A DNA stretch of 64,000 nt from Euprymna scolopes (Eukaryota): NCBI GenBank assembly GCA_053919585.1, contig CM132827.1, one strand, 5' to 3'. This document shows, in pieces, positions 1 to 15,000 of this stretch. The notes below the pieces were generated by a model. It was not told the DNA's origin and ran no database searches. It worked only from the letters and a program-made list of their open reading frames with translations. The number at the start of each line of letters is the position of its first letter. The stretch's first letter is position 1. The translations under genes and the position numbers were made by a program.

Positions 1-3000
1 TTTTTATCTCTCTACTAAAGTAATGTTGGGTAATTATTTCTATCTCTCTACTAAAGTAATGTTGGATAATTATTTCTATCTCTCTACTAAAGTAATGTTG
101 GATAATTATTTCTATCTCTCTACTAAAGTAATGTTGGATAATTATTTCTATCTCTCTACTAAAGTAATGTTGGATAATTATTTCTATCTCTCTACTAAAG
201 TAATGTTGGATAATTATTTCTATCTCTCTACTAAAGTAATGTTGGATAATTATTTCTATCTCTCTACTAAAGTAATGTTGGATAATTATTTCTATCTCTC
301 TACTAAAGTAATGTTGGATAATTATTTCTATCTCTCTACTAAAGTAATGTTGGATAATTATTTCTATCTCTCTACTAAAGTAATGTTGGATAATTATTTC
401 TATCTCTCTACTAAAGTAAGCGATGGATAATTATTTCTATCTCTCTACTAAAGTAATGTTGGATAATTATTTCTATCTCTCTACTAAAGTAATGTTGGAT
501 AATTATTTCTATCTCTCTACTAAAGTAATGTTGGATAATTATTTCTATCTCTCTACTAAAGTAATGTTGGATAATTATTTCTATCTCTCTACTAAAGTAA
601 TGTTGGATAATTATTTCTATCTCTCTACTAAAGTAATGTTGGATAATTATTTCTATCTCTCTACTAAAGTAATGTTGGATAATTATTTCTATCTCTCTAC
701 TAAAGTAATGTTGGATAATTATTTCTATCTCTCTACTAAAGTAATGTTGGGTAATTATTTCTATCTCTCTACAAAAGTAATGTTGGGTAATTCTTTCTAT
801 CTTACTACTAAAGTAATGTTGGATAATTATTTCTATCTCTCTACTAAAGTAATGTTGGGTAATTATTTCTATCTCTCTACTAAAGTAATGTTGGGTAATT
901 ATTTCTATCTCTCTACTAAAGTAATGTTGGGTAATTATTTCTATCTCTCTACTAAAGTAATGTTGGGTAATTATTTCTATCTCTCTACTAAAGTAATGTT
1001 GGGTAATTATTTCTATCTCTCTACTAAAGTAATGTTGGGTAATTATTTCTATCTCTCTACTAAAGTAATGTTGGGTAATTATTTCTATCTCTCTACTAAA
1101 GTAATGTTGGGTAATTATTTCTATCTCTCTACTAAAGTAATGTTGGATAATTATTTCTATCTCTCTACTAAAGTAATGTTGGATAATTATTTCTATCTCT
1201 CTACTAAAGTAATGTTGGGTAATTATTTCTATCTCTCTACTAAAGTAATGTTGGATAATTATTTCTATCTCTCTACTAAAGTAATGTTGGATAATTATTT
1301 CTATCTCTCTACTAAAGTAATGTTGGATAATTATTTCTATCTCTCTACTAAAGTAATGTTGGATAATTATTTCTATCTCTCTACTAAAGTAATGTTGGAT
1401 AATTATTTCTATCTCTCTACTAAAGTAATGTTGGATAATTATTTCTATCTCTCTACTAAAGTAATGTTGGATAATTATTTCTATCTCTCTACTAAAGTAA
1501 TGTTGGATAATTATTTCTATCCCTCTACTAAAGTAATGTTGGATAATTATTTCTATCTCTCTACTAAAGTAATGTTGGATAATTATTTCTATCTCTCTAC
1601 TAAAGTAATGTTGGATAATTATTTCTATCTCTCTACTAAAGTAATGTTGGATAATTATTTCTATCTCTCTACTAAAGTAATGTTGGATAATTATTTCTAT
1701 CTCTCTACTAAAGTAATGTTGGATAATTATTTCTATCTCTCTACTAAAGTAATGTTGGATAATTATTTCTATCTCTCTACTAAAGTAATGTTGGGTAATT
1801 ATTTCTATCTCTCTACTAAAGTAATGTTGGATAATTATTTCTATCTCTCTACTAAAGTAATGTTGGATAATTATTTCTATCTCTCTACTAAAGTAATGTT
1901 GGATAATTATTTCTATCTCTCTACTAAAGTAATGTTGGATAATTATTTCTATCTCTCTACTAAAGTAATGTTGGGTAATTATTTCTATCTCTCTACTAAA
2001 GTAATGTTGGATAATTATTTCTATCTCTCTACTAAAGTAATGTTGGATAATTATTTCTATCTCTCTACTAAAGTAATGTTGGATAATTATTTCTATCTCT
2101 CTACTAATGTAATGTTGGATAATTATTTCTATCTCTCTACTAAAGTAATGTTGGATAATTATTTCTATCTCTCTACTAAAGTAATGTTGGATAATTATTT
2201 CTATCTCTCTACTAAAGTAATGTTGGGTAATTATTTCTATCTCTCTACTAAAGTAATGTTGGGTAATTATTTCTATCTCTCTACTAAAGTAATGTTGGAT
2301 AATTATTTTTATCTCTCTACTAAAGTAATGTTGGATAATTATTTCTATCTCTCTACTAAAGTAATGTTGGATAATTATTTCTATCTCTCTACTAAAGTAA
2401 TGTTGGATAATTATTTCTATCTCTCTACTAAAGTAATGTTGGATAATTATTTCTATCTCTCTACTAAAGTAATGTTGGATAATTATTTCTATCTCTCTAC
2501 TAAAGTAATGTTGGATAATTATTTCTATCTCTCTACTAAAGTAATGTTGGATAATTATTTCTATCTCTCTACTAAAGTAATGTTGGGTAATTATTTCTAT
2601 CTCTCGACTAAAGTAATGTTGGATAATTATTTCTATCTCTCTACTAAAGTAATGTTGGATAATTATTTCTATCTCTCTACTAAAGTAATGTTGGATAATT
2701 ATTTCTATCTCTCTACTAAAGTAATGTTGGGTAATTATTTATATCTCTCTACTAAAGTAATGTTGGGTAATTATTTCTATCTCTCTACTAAAGTAATGTT
2801 GGATAATTATTTCTATCTCTCTACTAAAGTAATGTTGGATAATTATTTCTATCTCTCTACTAAAGTAATGTTGGATAATTATTTCTATCTCTCTACTAAA
2901 GTAATGTTGGATAATTATTTCTATCTCTCTACTAAAGTAATGTTGGATAATTATTTCTATCTCTCTACTAAAGTAATGTTGGATAATTATTTCTATCTCT

Positions 3001-6000
3001 CTACTAAAGTAATGTTGGATAATTATTTCTATCTCTCTACTAAAGTAATGTTGGATAATTATTTCTATCTCTCTACTAAAGTAATGTTGGATAATTATTT
3101 CTATCTCTCTACTAAAGTAATGTTGGATAATTATTTCTATCTCTCTACTAAAGTAATGTTGGATAATTTTTTCTATCTCTCTACTAAAGTAATGTTGGAT
3201 AATTATTTCTATCTCTCTACTAAAGTAATGTTGGATAATTATTTCTATCTCTCTACTAAAGTAATGTTGGATAATTATTTCTATCTCTCTACTAAAGTAA
3301 TGTTGGATAATTATTTCTATCTCTCTACTAAAGTAATGTTGGATAATTATTTCTATCTCTCTACTAAAGTAATGTTGGATAATTATTTCTATCTCTCTAC
3401 TAAAGTAATGTTGGATAATTATTTCTATCTCTCTACTAAAGTAATGTTGGATAATTATTTCTATCTCTCTACTAAAGTAATGTTGGATAATTATTTCTAT
3501 CTCTCTACTAAAGTAATGTTGGATAATTATTTCTATCTCTCTACTAAAGTAATGTTGGGTAATTATTTCTATCTCTCTACTAAAGTAATGTTGGATAATT
3601 ATTTCTATCTCTCTACTAAAGTAATGTTGGATAATTTTTTCTATCTCTCTACTAAAGTAATGTTGGATAATTATTTCTATCTCTCTACTAAAGTAATGTT
3701 GGATAATTATTTCTATCTCTCTACTAAAGTAATGTTGGATAATTATTTCTATCTCTCTACTAAAGTAATGTTGGATAATTATTTCTATCTCTCTACTAAA
3801 GTAATGTTGGGTAATTATTTCTATCTCTCTACTAAAGTAATGTTGGGTAATTATTTCTATCTCTCTACTAAAGTAATGTTGGATAATTATTTTTATCTCT
3901 CTACTAAAGTAATGTTGGATAATTATTTCTATCTCTCTACTAAAGTAATGTTGGATAATTATTTCTATCTCTCTACTAAAGTAATGTTGGATAATTATTT
4001 CTATCTCTCTACTAAAGTAATGTTGGATAATTATTTCTATCTCTCTACTAAAGTAATGTTGGATAATTATTTCTATCTCTCTACTAAAGTAATGTTGGAT
4101 AATTATTTCTATCTCTCTACTAAAGTAATGTTGGATAATTATTTCTATCTCTCTACTAAAGTAATGTTGGATAATTATTTCTATCTCTCTACTAAAGTAA
4201 TGTTGGATAATTATTTCTATCTCTCTACTAAAGTAATGTTGGATAATTATTTCTATCTCTCTACTAAAGTAATGTTGGATAATTATTTCTATCTCTCTAC
4301 TAAAGTAAGCGATGGATAATTATTTCTATCTCTCTACTAAAGTAATGTTGGATAATTATTTCTATCTCTCTACTAAAGTAATGTTGGATAATTATTTCTA
4401 TCTCTCTACTAAAGTAATGTTGGATAATTATTTCTATCTCTCTACTAAAGTAATGTTGGATAATTATTTCTATCTCTCTACTAAAGTAATGTTGGATAAT
4501 TATTTCTATCTCTCTACTAAAGTAATGTTGGATAATTATTTCTATCTCTCTACTAAAGTAATGTTGGATAATTATTTCTATCTCTCTACTAAAGTAATGT
4601 TGGGTAATTATTTCTATCTCTCTACTAAAGTAATGTTGGATAATTATTTCTATCTCTCTACTAAAGTAATGTTGGATAATTATTTCTATCTCTCTACTAA
4701 AGTAATGTTGGATAATTATTTCTATCTCTCTACTAAAGTAATGTTGGATAATTATTTCTATCTCTCTACTAAAGTAATGTTGGATAATTATTTCTATCTC
4801 TCTACTAAAGTAATGTTGGATAATTATTTCTATCTCTCTACTAAAGTAATGTTGGATAATTATTTCTATCTCTCTACTAAAGTAATGTTGGATAATTATT
4901 TCTATCTCTCTACTAAAGTAATGTTGGATAATTATTTCTATCTCTCTACTAAAGTAATGTTGGATAATTATTTCTATCTCTCTACTAAAGTAATGTTGGG
5001 TAATTATTTCTATCTCTCTACTAAAGTAATGTTGGATAATTATTTCTATCTCTCTACTAAAGTAATGTTGGATAATTATTTCTATCTCTCTACTAAAGTA
5101 ATGTTGGATAATTATTTCTATCTCTCTACTAAAGTAATGTTGGATAATTATTTCTATCTCTCTACTAAAGTAATGTTGGATAATTATTTCTATCTCTCTA
5201 CTAAAGTAATGTTGGATAATTATTTCTATCTCTCTACTAAAGTAATGTTGGATAATTATTTCTATCTCTCTACTAAAGTAATGTTGGATAATTATTTCTA
5301 TCTCTCTACTAAAGTAATGTTGGATAATTATTTCTATCTCTCTACTAAAGTAATGTTGGGTAATTATTTCTATCTCTCTACTAAAGTAATGTTGGATAAT
5401 TATTTCTATCTCTCTACTAAAGTAATGTTGGATAATTATTTCTATCTCTCTACTAAAGTAATGTTGGGTAATTATTTCTATCTCTCGACTAAAGTAATGT
5501 TGGATAATTATTTCTATCTCTCTACTAAAGTAATGTTGGATAATTATTTCTATCTCTCTACTAAAGTAATGTTGGATAATTATTTCTATCTCTCTACTAA
5601 AGTAATGTTGGGTAATTATTTATATCTCTCTACTAAAGTAATGTTGGGTAATTATTTCTATCTCTCTACTAAAGTAATGTTGGATAATTATTTCTATCTC
5701 TCTACTAAAGTAATGTTGGATAATTATTTCTATCTCTCTACTAAAGTAATGTTGGATAATTATTTCTATCTCTCTACTAAAGTAATGTTGGATAATTATT
5801 TCTATCTCTCTACTAAAGTAATGTTGGATAATTATTTCTATCTCTCTACTAAAGTAATGTTGGATAATTATTTCTATCTCTCTACTAAAGTAATGTTGGA
5901 TAATTATTTCTATCTCTCTACTAAAGTAATGTTGGATAATTATTTCTATCTCTCTACTAAAGTAATGTTGGATAATTATTTCTATCTCTCTACTAAAGTA

Positions 6001-9000
6001 ATGTTGGATAATTATTTCTATCTCTCTACTAAAGTAATGTTGGATAATTATTTCTATCTCTCTACTAAAGTAATGTTGGGTAATTATTTCTATCTCTCTA
6101 CTAAAGTAATGTTGGGTAATTATTTCTATCTCTCTACTAAAGTAATGTTGGATAATTATTTTTATCTCTCTACTAAAGTAATGTTGGATAATTATTTCTA
6201 TCTCTCTACTAAAGTAATGTTGGATAATTATTTCTATCTCTCTACTAAAGTAATGTTGGATAATTATTTCTATCTCTCTACTAAAGTAATGTTGGATAAT
6301 TATTTCTATCTCTCTACTAAAGTAATGTTGGATAATTATTTCTATCTCTCTACTAAAGTAATGTTGGATAATTATTTCTATCTCTCTACTAAAGTAAGCG
6401 ATGGATAATTATTTCTATCTCTCTACTAAAGTAATGTTGGATAATTATTTCTATCTCTCTACTAAAGTAATGTTGGATAATTATTTCTATCTCTCTACTA
6501 AAGTAATGTTGGATAATTATTTCTATCTCTCTACTAAAGTAATGTTGGATAATTATTTCTATCTCTCTACTAAAGTAATGTTGGATAATTATTTCTATCT
6601 CTCTACTAAAGTAATGTTGGATAATTATTTCTATCTCTCTACTAAAGTAATGTTGGATAATTATTTCTATCTCTCTACTAAAGTAATGTTGGGTAATTAT
6701 TTCTATCTCTCTACTAAAGTAATGTTGGATAATTATTTCTATCTCTCTACTAAAGTAATGTTGGATAATTATTTCTATCTCTCTACTAAAGTAATGTTGG
6801 ATAATTATTTCTATCTCTCTACTAAAGTAATGTTGGATAATTATTTCTATCTCTCTACTAAAGTAATGTTGGATAATTATTTCTATCTCTCTACTAAAGT
6901 AATGTTGGATAATTATTTCTATCTCTCTACTAAAGTAATGTTGGATAATTATTTCTATCTCTCTACTAAAGTAATGTTGGATAATTATTTCTATCTCTCT
7001 ACTAAAGTAATGTTGGATAATTATTTCTATCTCTCTACTAAAGTAATGTTGGATAATTATTTCTATCTCTCTACTAAAGTAATGTTGGGTAATTATTTCT
7101 ATCTCTCTACTAAAGTAATGTTGGATAATTATTTCTATCTCTCTACTAAAGTAATGTTGGATAATTATTTCTATCTCTCTACTAAAGTAATGTTGGATAA
7201 TTATTTCTATCTCTCTACTAAAGTAATGTTGGATAATTATTTCTATCTCTCTACTAAAGTAATGTTGGATAATTATTTCTATCTCTCTACTAAAGTAATG
7301 TTGGATAATTATTTCTATCTCTCTACTAAAGTAATGTTGGATAATTATTTCTATCTCTCTACTAAAGTAATGTTGGATAATTATTTCTATCTCTCTACTA
7401 AAGTAATGTTGGATAATTATTTCTATCTCTCTACTAAAGTAATGTTGGATAATTATTTCTATCTCTCTACTAAAGTAATGTTGGGTAATTATTTCTATCT
7501 CTCTACTAAAGTAATGTTGGGTAATTATTTCTATCTCTCTACTAAAGTAATGTTGGATAATTATTTTTATCTCTCTACTAAAGTAATGTTGGATAATTAT
7601 TTCTATCTCTCTACTAAAGTAATGTTGGATAATTATTTCTATCTCTCTACTAAAGTAATGTTGGATAATTATTTCTATCTCTCTACTAAAGTAATGTTGG
7701 ATAATTATTTCTATCTCTCTACTAAAGTAATGTTGGATAATTATTTCTATCTCTCTACTAAAGTAATGTTGGATAATTATTTCTATCTCTCTACTAAAGT
7801 AAGCGATGGATAATTATTTCTATCTCTCTACTAAAGTAATGTTGGATAATTATTTCTATCTCTCTACTAAAGTAATGTTGGATAATTATTTCTATCTCTC
7901 TACTAAAGTAATGTTGGATAATTATTTCTATCTCTCTACTAAAGTAATGTTGGATAATTATTTCTATCTCTCTACTAAAGTAATGTTGGATAATTATTTC
8001 TATCTCTCTACTAAAGTAATGTTGGATAATTATTTCTATCTCTCTACTAAAGTAATGTTGGATAATTATTTCTATCTCTCTACTAAAGTAATGTTGGGTA
8101 ATTATTTCTATCTCTCTACTAAAGTAATGTTGGATAATTATTTCTATCTCTCTACTAAAGTAATGTTGGATAATTATTTCTATCTCTCTACTAAAGTAAT
8201 GTTGGATAATTATTTCTATCTCTCTACTAAAGTAATGTTGGATAATTATTTCTATCTCTCTACTAAAGTAATGTTGGATAATTATTTCTATCTCTCTACT
8301 AAAGTAATGTTGGATAATTATTTCTATCTCTCTACTAAAGTAATGTTGGATAATTATTTCTATCTCTCTACTAAAGTAATGTTGGATAATTATTTCTATC
8401 TCTCTACTAAAGTAATGTTGGATAATTATTTCTATCTCTCTACTAAAGTAATGTTGGATAATTATTTCTATCTCTCTACTAAAGTAATGTTGGGTAATTA
8501 TTTCTATCTCTCTACTAAAGTAATGTTGGATAATTATTTCTATCTCTCTACTAAAGTAATGTTGGATAATTATTTCTATCTCTCTACTAAAGTAATGTTG
8601 GATAATTATTTCTATCTCTCTACTAAAGTAATGTTGGATAATTATTTCTATCTCTCTACTAAAGTAATGTTGGATAATTATTTCTATCTCTCTACTAAAG
8701 TAATGTTGGATAATTATTTCTATCTCTCTACTAAAGTAATGTTGGATAATTATTTCTATCTCTCTACTAAAGTAATGTTGGATAATTATTTCTATCTCTC
8801 TACTAAAGTAATGTTGGATAATTATTTCTATCTCTCTACTAAAGTAATGTTGGGTAATTATTTCTATCTCTCTACTAAAGTAATGTTGGATAATTATTTC
8901 TATCTCTCTACTAAAGTAATGTTGGATAATTATTTCTATCTCTCTACTAAAGTAATGTTGGGTAATTATTTCTATCTCTCGACTAAAGTAATGTTGGATA

Positions 9001-12000
9001 ATTATTTCTATCTCTCTACTAAAGTAATGTTGGATAATTATTTCTATCTCTCTACTAAAGTAATGTTGGATAATTATTTCTATCTCTCTACTAAAGTAAT
9101 GTTGGGTAATTATTTATATCTCTCTACTAAAGTAATGTTGGGTAATTATTTCTATCTCTCTACTAAAGTAATGTTGGATAATTATTTCTATCTCTCTACT
9201 AAAGTAATGTTGGATAATTATTTCTATCTCTCTACTAAAGTAATGTTGGATAATTATTTCTATCTCTCTACTAAAGTAATGTTGGATAATTATTTCTATC
9301 TCTCTACTAAAGTAATGTGGGATAATTATTTCTATCTCTCTACTAAAGTAATGTTGGATAATTATTTCTATCTCTCTACTAAAGTAATGTTGGATAATTA
9401 TTTCTATCTCTCTACTAAAGTAATGTTGGATAATTATTTCTATCTCTCTACTAAAGTAATGTTGGATAATTATTTCTATCTCTCTACTAAAGTAATGTTG
9501 GATAATTATTTCTATCTCTCTACTAAAGTAATGTTGGATAATTATTTCTATCTCTCTACTAAAGTAATGTTGGATAATTATTTCTATCTCTCTACTAAAG
9601 TAATGTTGGATAATTATTTCTATCTCTCTACTAAAGTAATGTTGGATAATTATTTCTATCTCTCTACTAAAGTAATGTTGGATAATTATTTCTATCTCTC
9701 TACTAAAGTAATGTTGGGTAATTATTTCTATCTCTCTACTAAAGTAATGTTGGATAATTATTTCTATCTCTCTACTAAAGTAATGTTGGATAATTATTTC
9801 TATCTCTCTACTAAAGTAATGTTGGATAATTATTTCTATCTCTCTACTAAAGTAATGTTGGATAATTATTTCTATCTCTCTACTAAAGTAATGTTGGATA
9901 ATTATTTCTATCTCTCTACTAAAGTAATGTTGGATAATTATTTCTATCTCTCTACTAAAGTAATGTTGGGTAATTATTTCTATCTCTCTACTAAAGTAAT
10001 GTTGGGTAATTATTTCTATCTCTCTACTAAAGTAATGTTGGATAATTATTTTTATCTCTCTACTAAAGTAATGTTGGATAATTATTTCTATCACTCTACT
10101 AAAGTAATGTTGGATAATTATTTCTATCTCTCTACTAAAGTAATGTTGGATAATTATTTCTATCTCTCTACTAAAGTAATGTTGGATAATTATTTCTATC
10201 TCTCTACTAAAGTAATGTTGGATAATTATTTCTATCTCTCTACTAAAGTAATGTTGGATAATTATTTCTATCTCTCTACTAAAGTAATGTTGGATAATTA
10301 TTTCTATCTCTCTACTAAAGTAATGTTGGATAATTATTTCTATCTCTCTACTAAAGTAATGTTGGATAATTATTTCTATCTCTCTACTAAAGTAATGTTG
10401 GATAATTATTTCTATCTCTCTACTAAAGTAATGTTGGATAATTATTTCTATCTCTCTACTAAAGTAAGCGATGGATAATTATTTCTATCTCTCTACTAAA
10501 GTAATGTTGGATAATTATTTCTATCTCTCTACTAAAGTAATGTTGGATAATTATTTCTATCTCTCTACTAAAGTAATGTTGGATAATTATTTCTATCTCT
10601 CTACTAAAGTAATGTTGGATAATTATTTCTATCTCTCTACTAAAGTAATGTTGGATAATTATTTCTATCTCTCTACTAAAGTAATGTTGGATAATTATTT
10701 CTATCTATCTACTAAAGTAATGTTGGATAATTATTTCTATCTCTCTACTAAAGTAATGTTGGGTAATTATTTCTATCTCTCTACTAAAGTAATGTTGGGT
10801 AATTATTTCTATCTCTCTACTAAAGTAATGTTGGATAATTATTTCTATCTCTCTACTAAAGTAATGTTGGGTAATTATTTCTATCTCTCTACTAAAGTAA
10901 TGTTGGGTAATTATTTCTATCTCTCTACTAAAGTAATGTTGGGTAATTATTTCTATCTCTCTACTAAAGTAATGTTGGGTAATTATTTCTATCTCTCTAC
11001 TAAAGTAATGTTGGGTAATTATTTCTATCTCTCTACTAAAGTAATGTTGGGTAATTATTTCTATCTCTCTACTAAAGTAATGTTGGGTAATTATTTCTAT
11101 CTCTCTACTAAAGTAATGTTGGGTAATTATTTCTATCTCTCTACTAAAGTAATGTTGGATAATTATTTCTATCTCTCTACTAAAGTAATGTTGGATAATT
11201 ATTTCTATCTCTCTACTAAAGTAATGTTGGGTAATTATTTCTATCTCTCTACTAAAGTAATGTTGGATAATTATTTCTATCTCTCTACTAAAGTAATGTT
11301 GGATAATTATTTCTATCTCTCTACTAAAGTAATGTTGGATAATTATTTCTATCTCTCTACTAAAGTAATGTTGGATAATTATTTCTATCTCTCTACTAAA
11401 GTAATGTTGGATAATTATTTCTATCTCTCTACTAAAGTAATGTTGGATAATTATTTCTATCTCTCTACTAAAGTAAGCGATGGATAATTATTTCTATCTC
11501 TCTACTAAAGTAATGTTGGATAATTATTTCTATCTCTCTACTAAAGTAATGTTGGATAATTATTTCTATCTCTCTACTAAAGTAATGTTGGATAATTATT
11601 TCTATCTCTCTACTAAAGTAATGTTGGATAATTATTTCTATCTCTCTACTAAAGTAATGTTGGATAATTATTTCTATCTCTCTACTAAAGTAATGTTGGA
11701 TAATTATTTCTATCTCTCTACTAAAGTAATGTTGGATAATTATTTCTATCTCTCTACTAAAGTAATGTTGGGTAATTATTTCTATCTCTCTACTAAAGTA
11801 ATGTTGGGTAATTATTTCTATCTCTCTACTAAAGTAATGTTGGATAATTATTTCTATCTCTCTACTAAAGTAATGTTGGATAATTATTTCTATCTCTCTA
11901 CTAAAGTAATGTTGGATAATTATTTCTATCTCTCTACTAAAGTAATGTTGGATAATTATTTCTATCTCTCTACTAAAGTAATGTTGGATAATTATTTCTA

Positions 12001-15000
12001 TCTCTCTACTAAAGTAATGTTGGATAATTATTTCTATCTCTCTACTAAAGTAATGTTGGGTAATTATTTCTATCTCTCTACTAAAGTAATGTTGGATAAT
12101 TATTTCTATCTCTCTACTAAAGTAATGTTGGATAATTATTTCTATCTCTCTACTAAAGTAAGCGATGGATAATTATTTCTATCTCTCTACTAAAGTAATG
12201 TTGGATAATTATTTCTATCTCTCTACTAAAGTAATGTTGGATAATTATTTCTATCTCTCTACTAAAGTAATGTAGGATAATTATTTCTATCTCTCTACTA
12301 AAGTAATGTTGGATAATTATTTCTATCTCTCTACTAAAGTAATGTTGGATAATTATTTCTATCTCTCTACTAAAGTAAGCGATGGATAATTATTTCTATC
12401 TCTCTACTAAAGTAATGTTGGATAATTATTTCTATCTCTCTACTAAAGTAATGTTGGATAATTATTTCTATCTCTCTACTAAAGTAATGTTGGATAATTA
12501 TTTCTATCTCTCTACTAAAGTAATGTTGGATAATTATTTCTATCTCTCTACTAAAGTAATGTTGGATAATTATTTCTATCTCTCTACTAAAGTAATGTTG
12601 GGTAATTATTTCTATCTCTCTACTAAAGTAATGTTGGGTAATTATTTCTATCTCTCTACTAAAGTAATGTTGGATAATTATTTCTATCTCTCTACTAAAG
12701 TAATGTTGGATAATTATTTCTATCTCTCTACTAAAGTAATGTTGGATAATTATTTCTATCTCTCTACTAAAGTAATGTTGGATAATTATTTCTATCTCTC
12801 TACTAAAGTAATGTTGGATAATTATTTCTATCTCTCTACTAAAGTAATGTTGGGTAATTATTTCTATCTCTCTACTAAAGTAATGTTGGATAATTATTTC
12901 TATCTCTCTACTAAAGTAATGTTGGATAATTATTTCTATCTCTCTACTAAAGTAATGTTGGATAATTATTTCTATCTCTCTACTAAAGTAATGTTGGATA
13001 ATTATTTCTATCTCTCTACTAAAGTAATGTTGGATAATTATTTCTATCTCTCTACTAAAGTAATGTTGGATAATTATTTCTATCTCTCTACTAAAGTAAT
13101 GTTGGATAATTATTTCTATCTCTCTACTAAAGTAATGTTGGATAATTATTTCTATCTCTCTACTAAAGTAATGTTGGATAATTATTTCTATCTCTCTACT
13201 AAAGTAATGTTGGGTAATTATTTCTATCTCTCTACTAAAGTAATGTTGGGTAATTATTTCTATCTCTCTACTAAAGTAATGTTGGATAATTATTTCTATC
13301 TCTCTACTAAAGTAATGTTGGATAATTATTTCTATCTCTCTACTAAAGTAATGTTGGATAATTATTTCTATCTCTCTACTAAAGTAATGTTGGATAATTA
13401 TTTCTATCTCTCTACTAAAGTAATGTTGGATAATTATTTCTATCTCTCTACTAAAGTAATGTTGGGTAATTATTTCTATCTCTCTACTAAAGTAATGTTG
13501 GGTAATTATTTCTATCTCTCTACTAAAGTAATGTTGGATAATTATTTCTATCTCTCTACTAAAGTAATGTTGGATAATTATTTCTATCTCTCTACTAAAG
13601 TAATGTTGGATAATTATTTCTATCTCTCTACTAAAGTAATGTTGGATAATTATTTCTGTCTCTCTACTAAAGTAATGTTGGATAATTATTTCTATCTCTC
13701 TACTAAAGTAATGTTGGATAATTATTTCTATCTCTCTACTAAAGTAATGTTGGATAATTATTTCTATCTCTCTACTAAAGTAATGTTGGATAATTATTTC
13801 TATCTCTCTACTAAAGTAATGTTGGGTAATTATTTCTATCTCTCTACTAAAGTAATGTTGGGTAATTATTTCTATCTTTCTACTAAAGTAATTTTGGATA
13901 ATTATTTCTATCTCTCTACTAAAGTAATGTTGGATAATTATTTCTATCTCTCTACGAAAGTAATGTTGGATAATTATTTCTATCTCTCTACTAAAGTAAT
14001 GTTGGATAATTATTTCTATCTCTCTACTAAAGTAATGTTGGATAATTATTTCTATCTCTCTACTAAAGTAATGTTGGATAATTATTTCTATCTCTCTACT
14101 AAAGTAATGTTGGATAATTATTTCTATCTCTCTACTAAAGTAATGTTGGATAATTATTTCTATCTCTCTACTAAAGTAATGTTGGATAATTATTTCTATC
14201 TCTCTACTAAAGTAATGTTGGATAATTATTTCTATCTCTCTACTAAAGTAATGTTGGATAATTATTTCTATCTCTCTACTAAAGTAATGTTGGATAATTA
14301 TTTCTATCTCTCTACTAAAGTAATGTTGGGTAATTATTTCTATCTCTCTACTAAAGTAATGTTGGATAATTATTTCTATCTCTCTACTAAAGTAATGTTG
14401 GATAATTATTTCTATCTCTCTACTAAAGTAATGTTGGATAATTATTTCTATCTCTCTACTAAAGTAATGTTGGATAATTATTTCTATCTCTCTACTAAAG
14501 TAATGTTGGATAATTATTTCTATCTCTCTACTAAAGTAATGTTGGATAATTATTTCTATCTCTCTACTAAAGTAATGTTGGATAATTATTTCTATCTTTC
14601 TACTAAAGTAATGTTGGATAATTATTTCTATCTCTCTACTAAAGTAATGTTGGATAATTATTTCTATCTCTCTACTAAAGTAATGTTGGATAATTATTTC
14701 TATCTCTCTACTAAAGTAAGCGATGGATAATTATTTCTATCTCTCTACTAAAGTAATGTTGGATAATTATTTCTATCTCTCTACTAAAGTAATGTTGGAT
14801 AATTATTTCTATCTCTCTACTAAAGTAATGTTGGATAATTATTTCTATCTCTCTACTAAAGTAATGTTGGATAATTATTTCTATCTCTCTACTAAAGTAA
14901 TGTTGGATAATTATTTCTATCTCTCTACTAAAGTAATGTTGGGTAATTATTTCTATCTCTCTACTAAAGTAATGTTGGGTAATTATTTCTATCTCTCTAC

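Noticed and set aside
9114-10094. Minus-strand 326-aa ORF and bidirectional coding
   Set aside because: One open frame per strand is unremarkable for a 12-codon unit, and the start comes from a single point variant.
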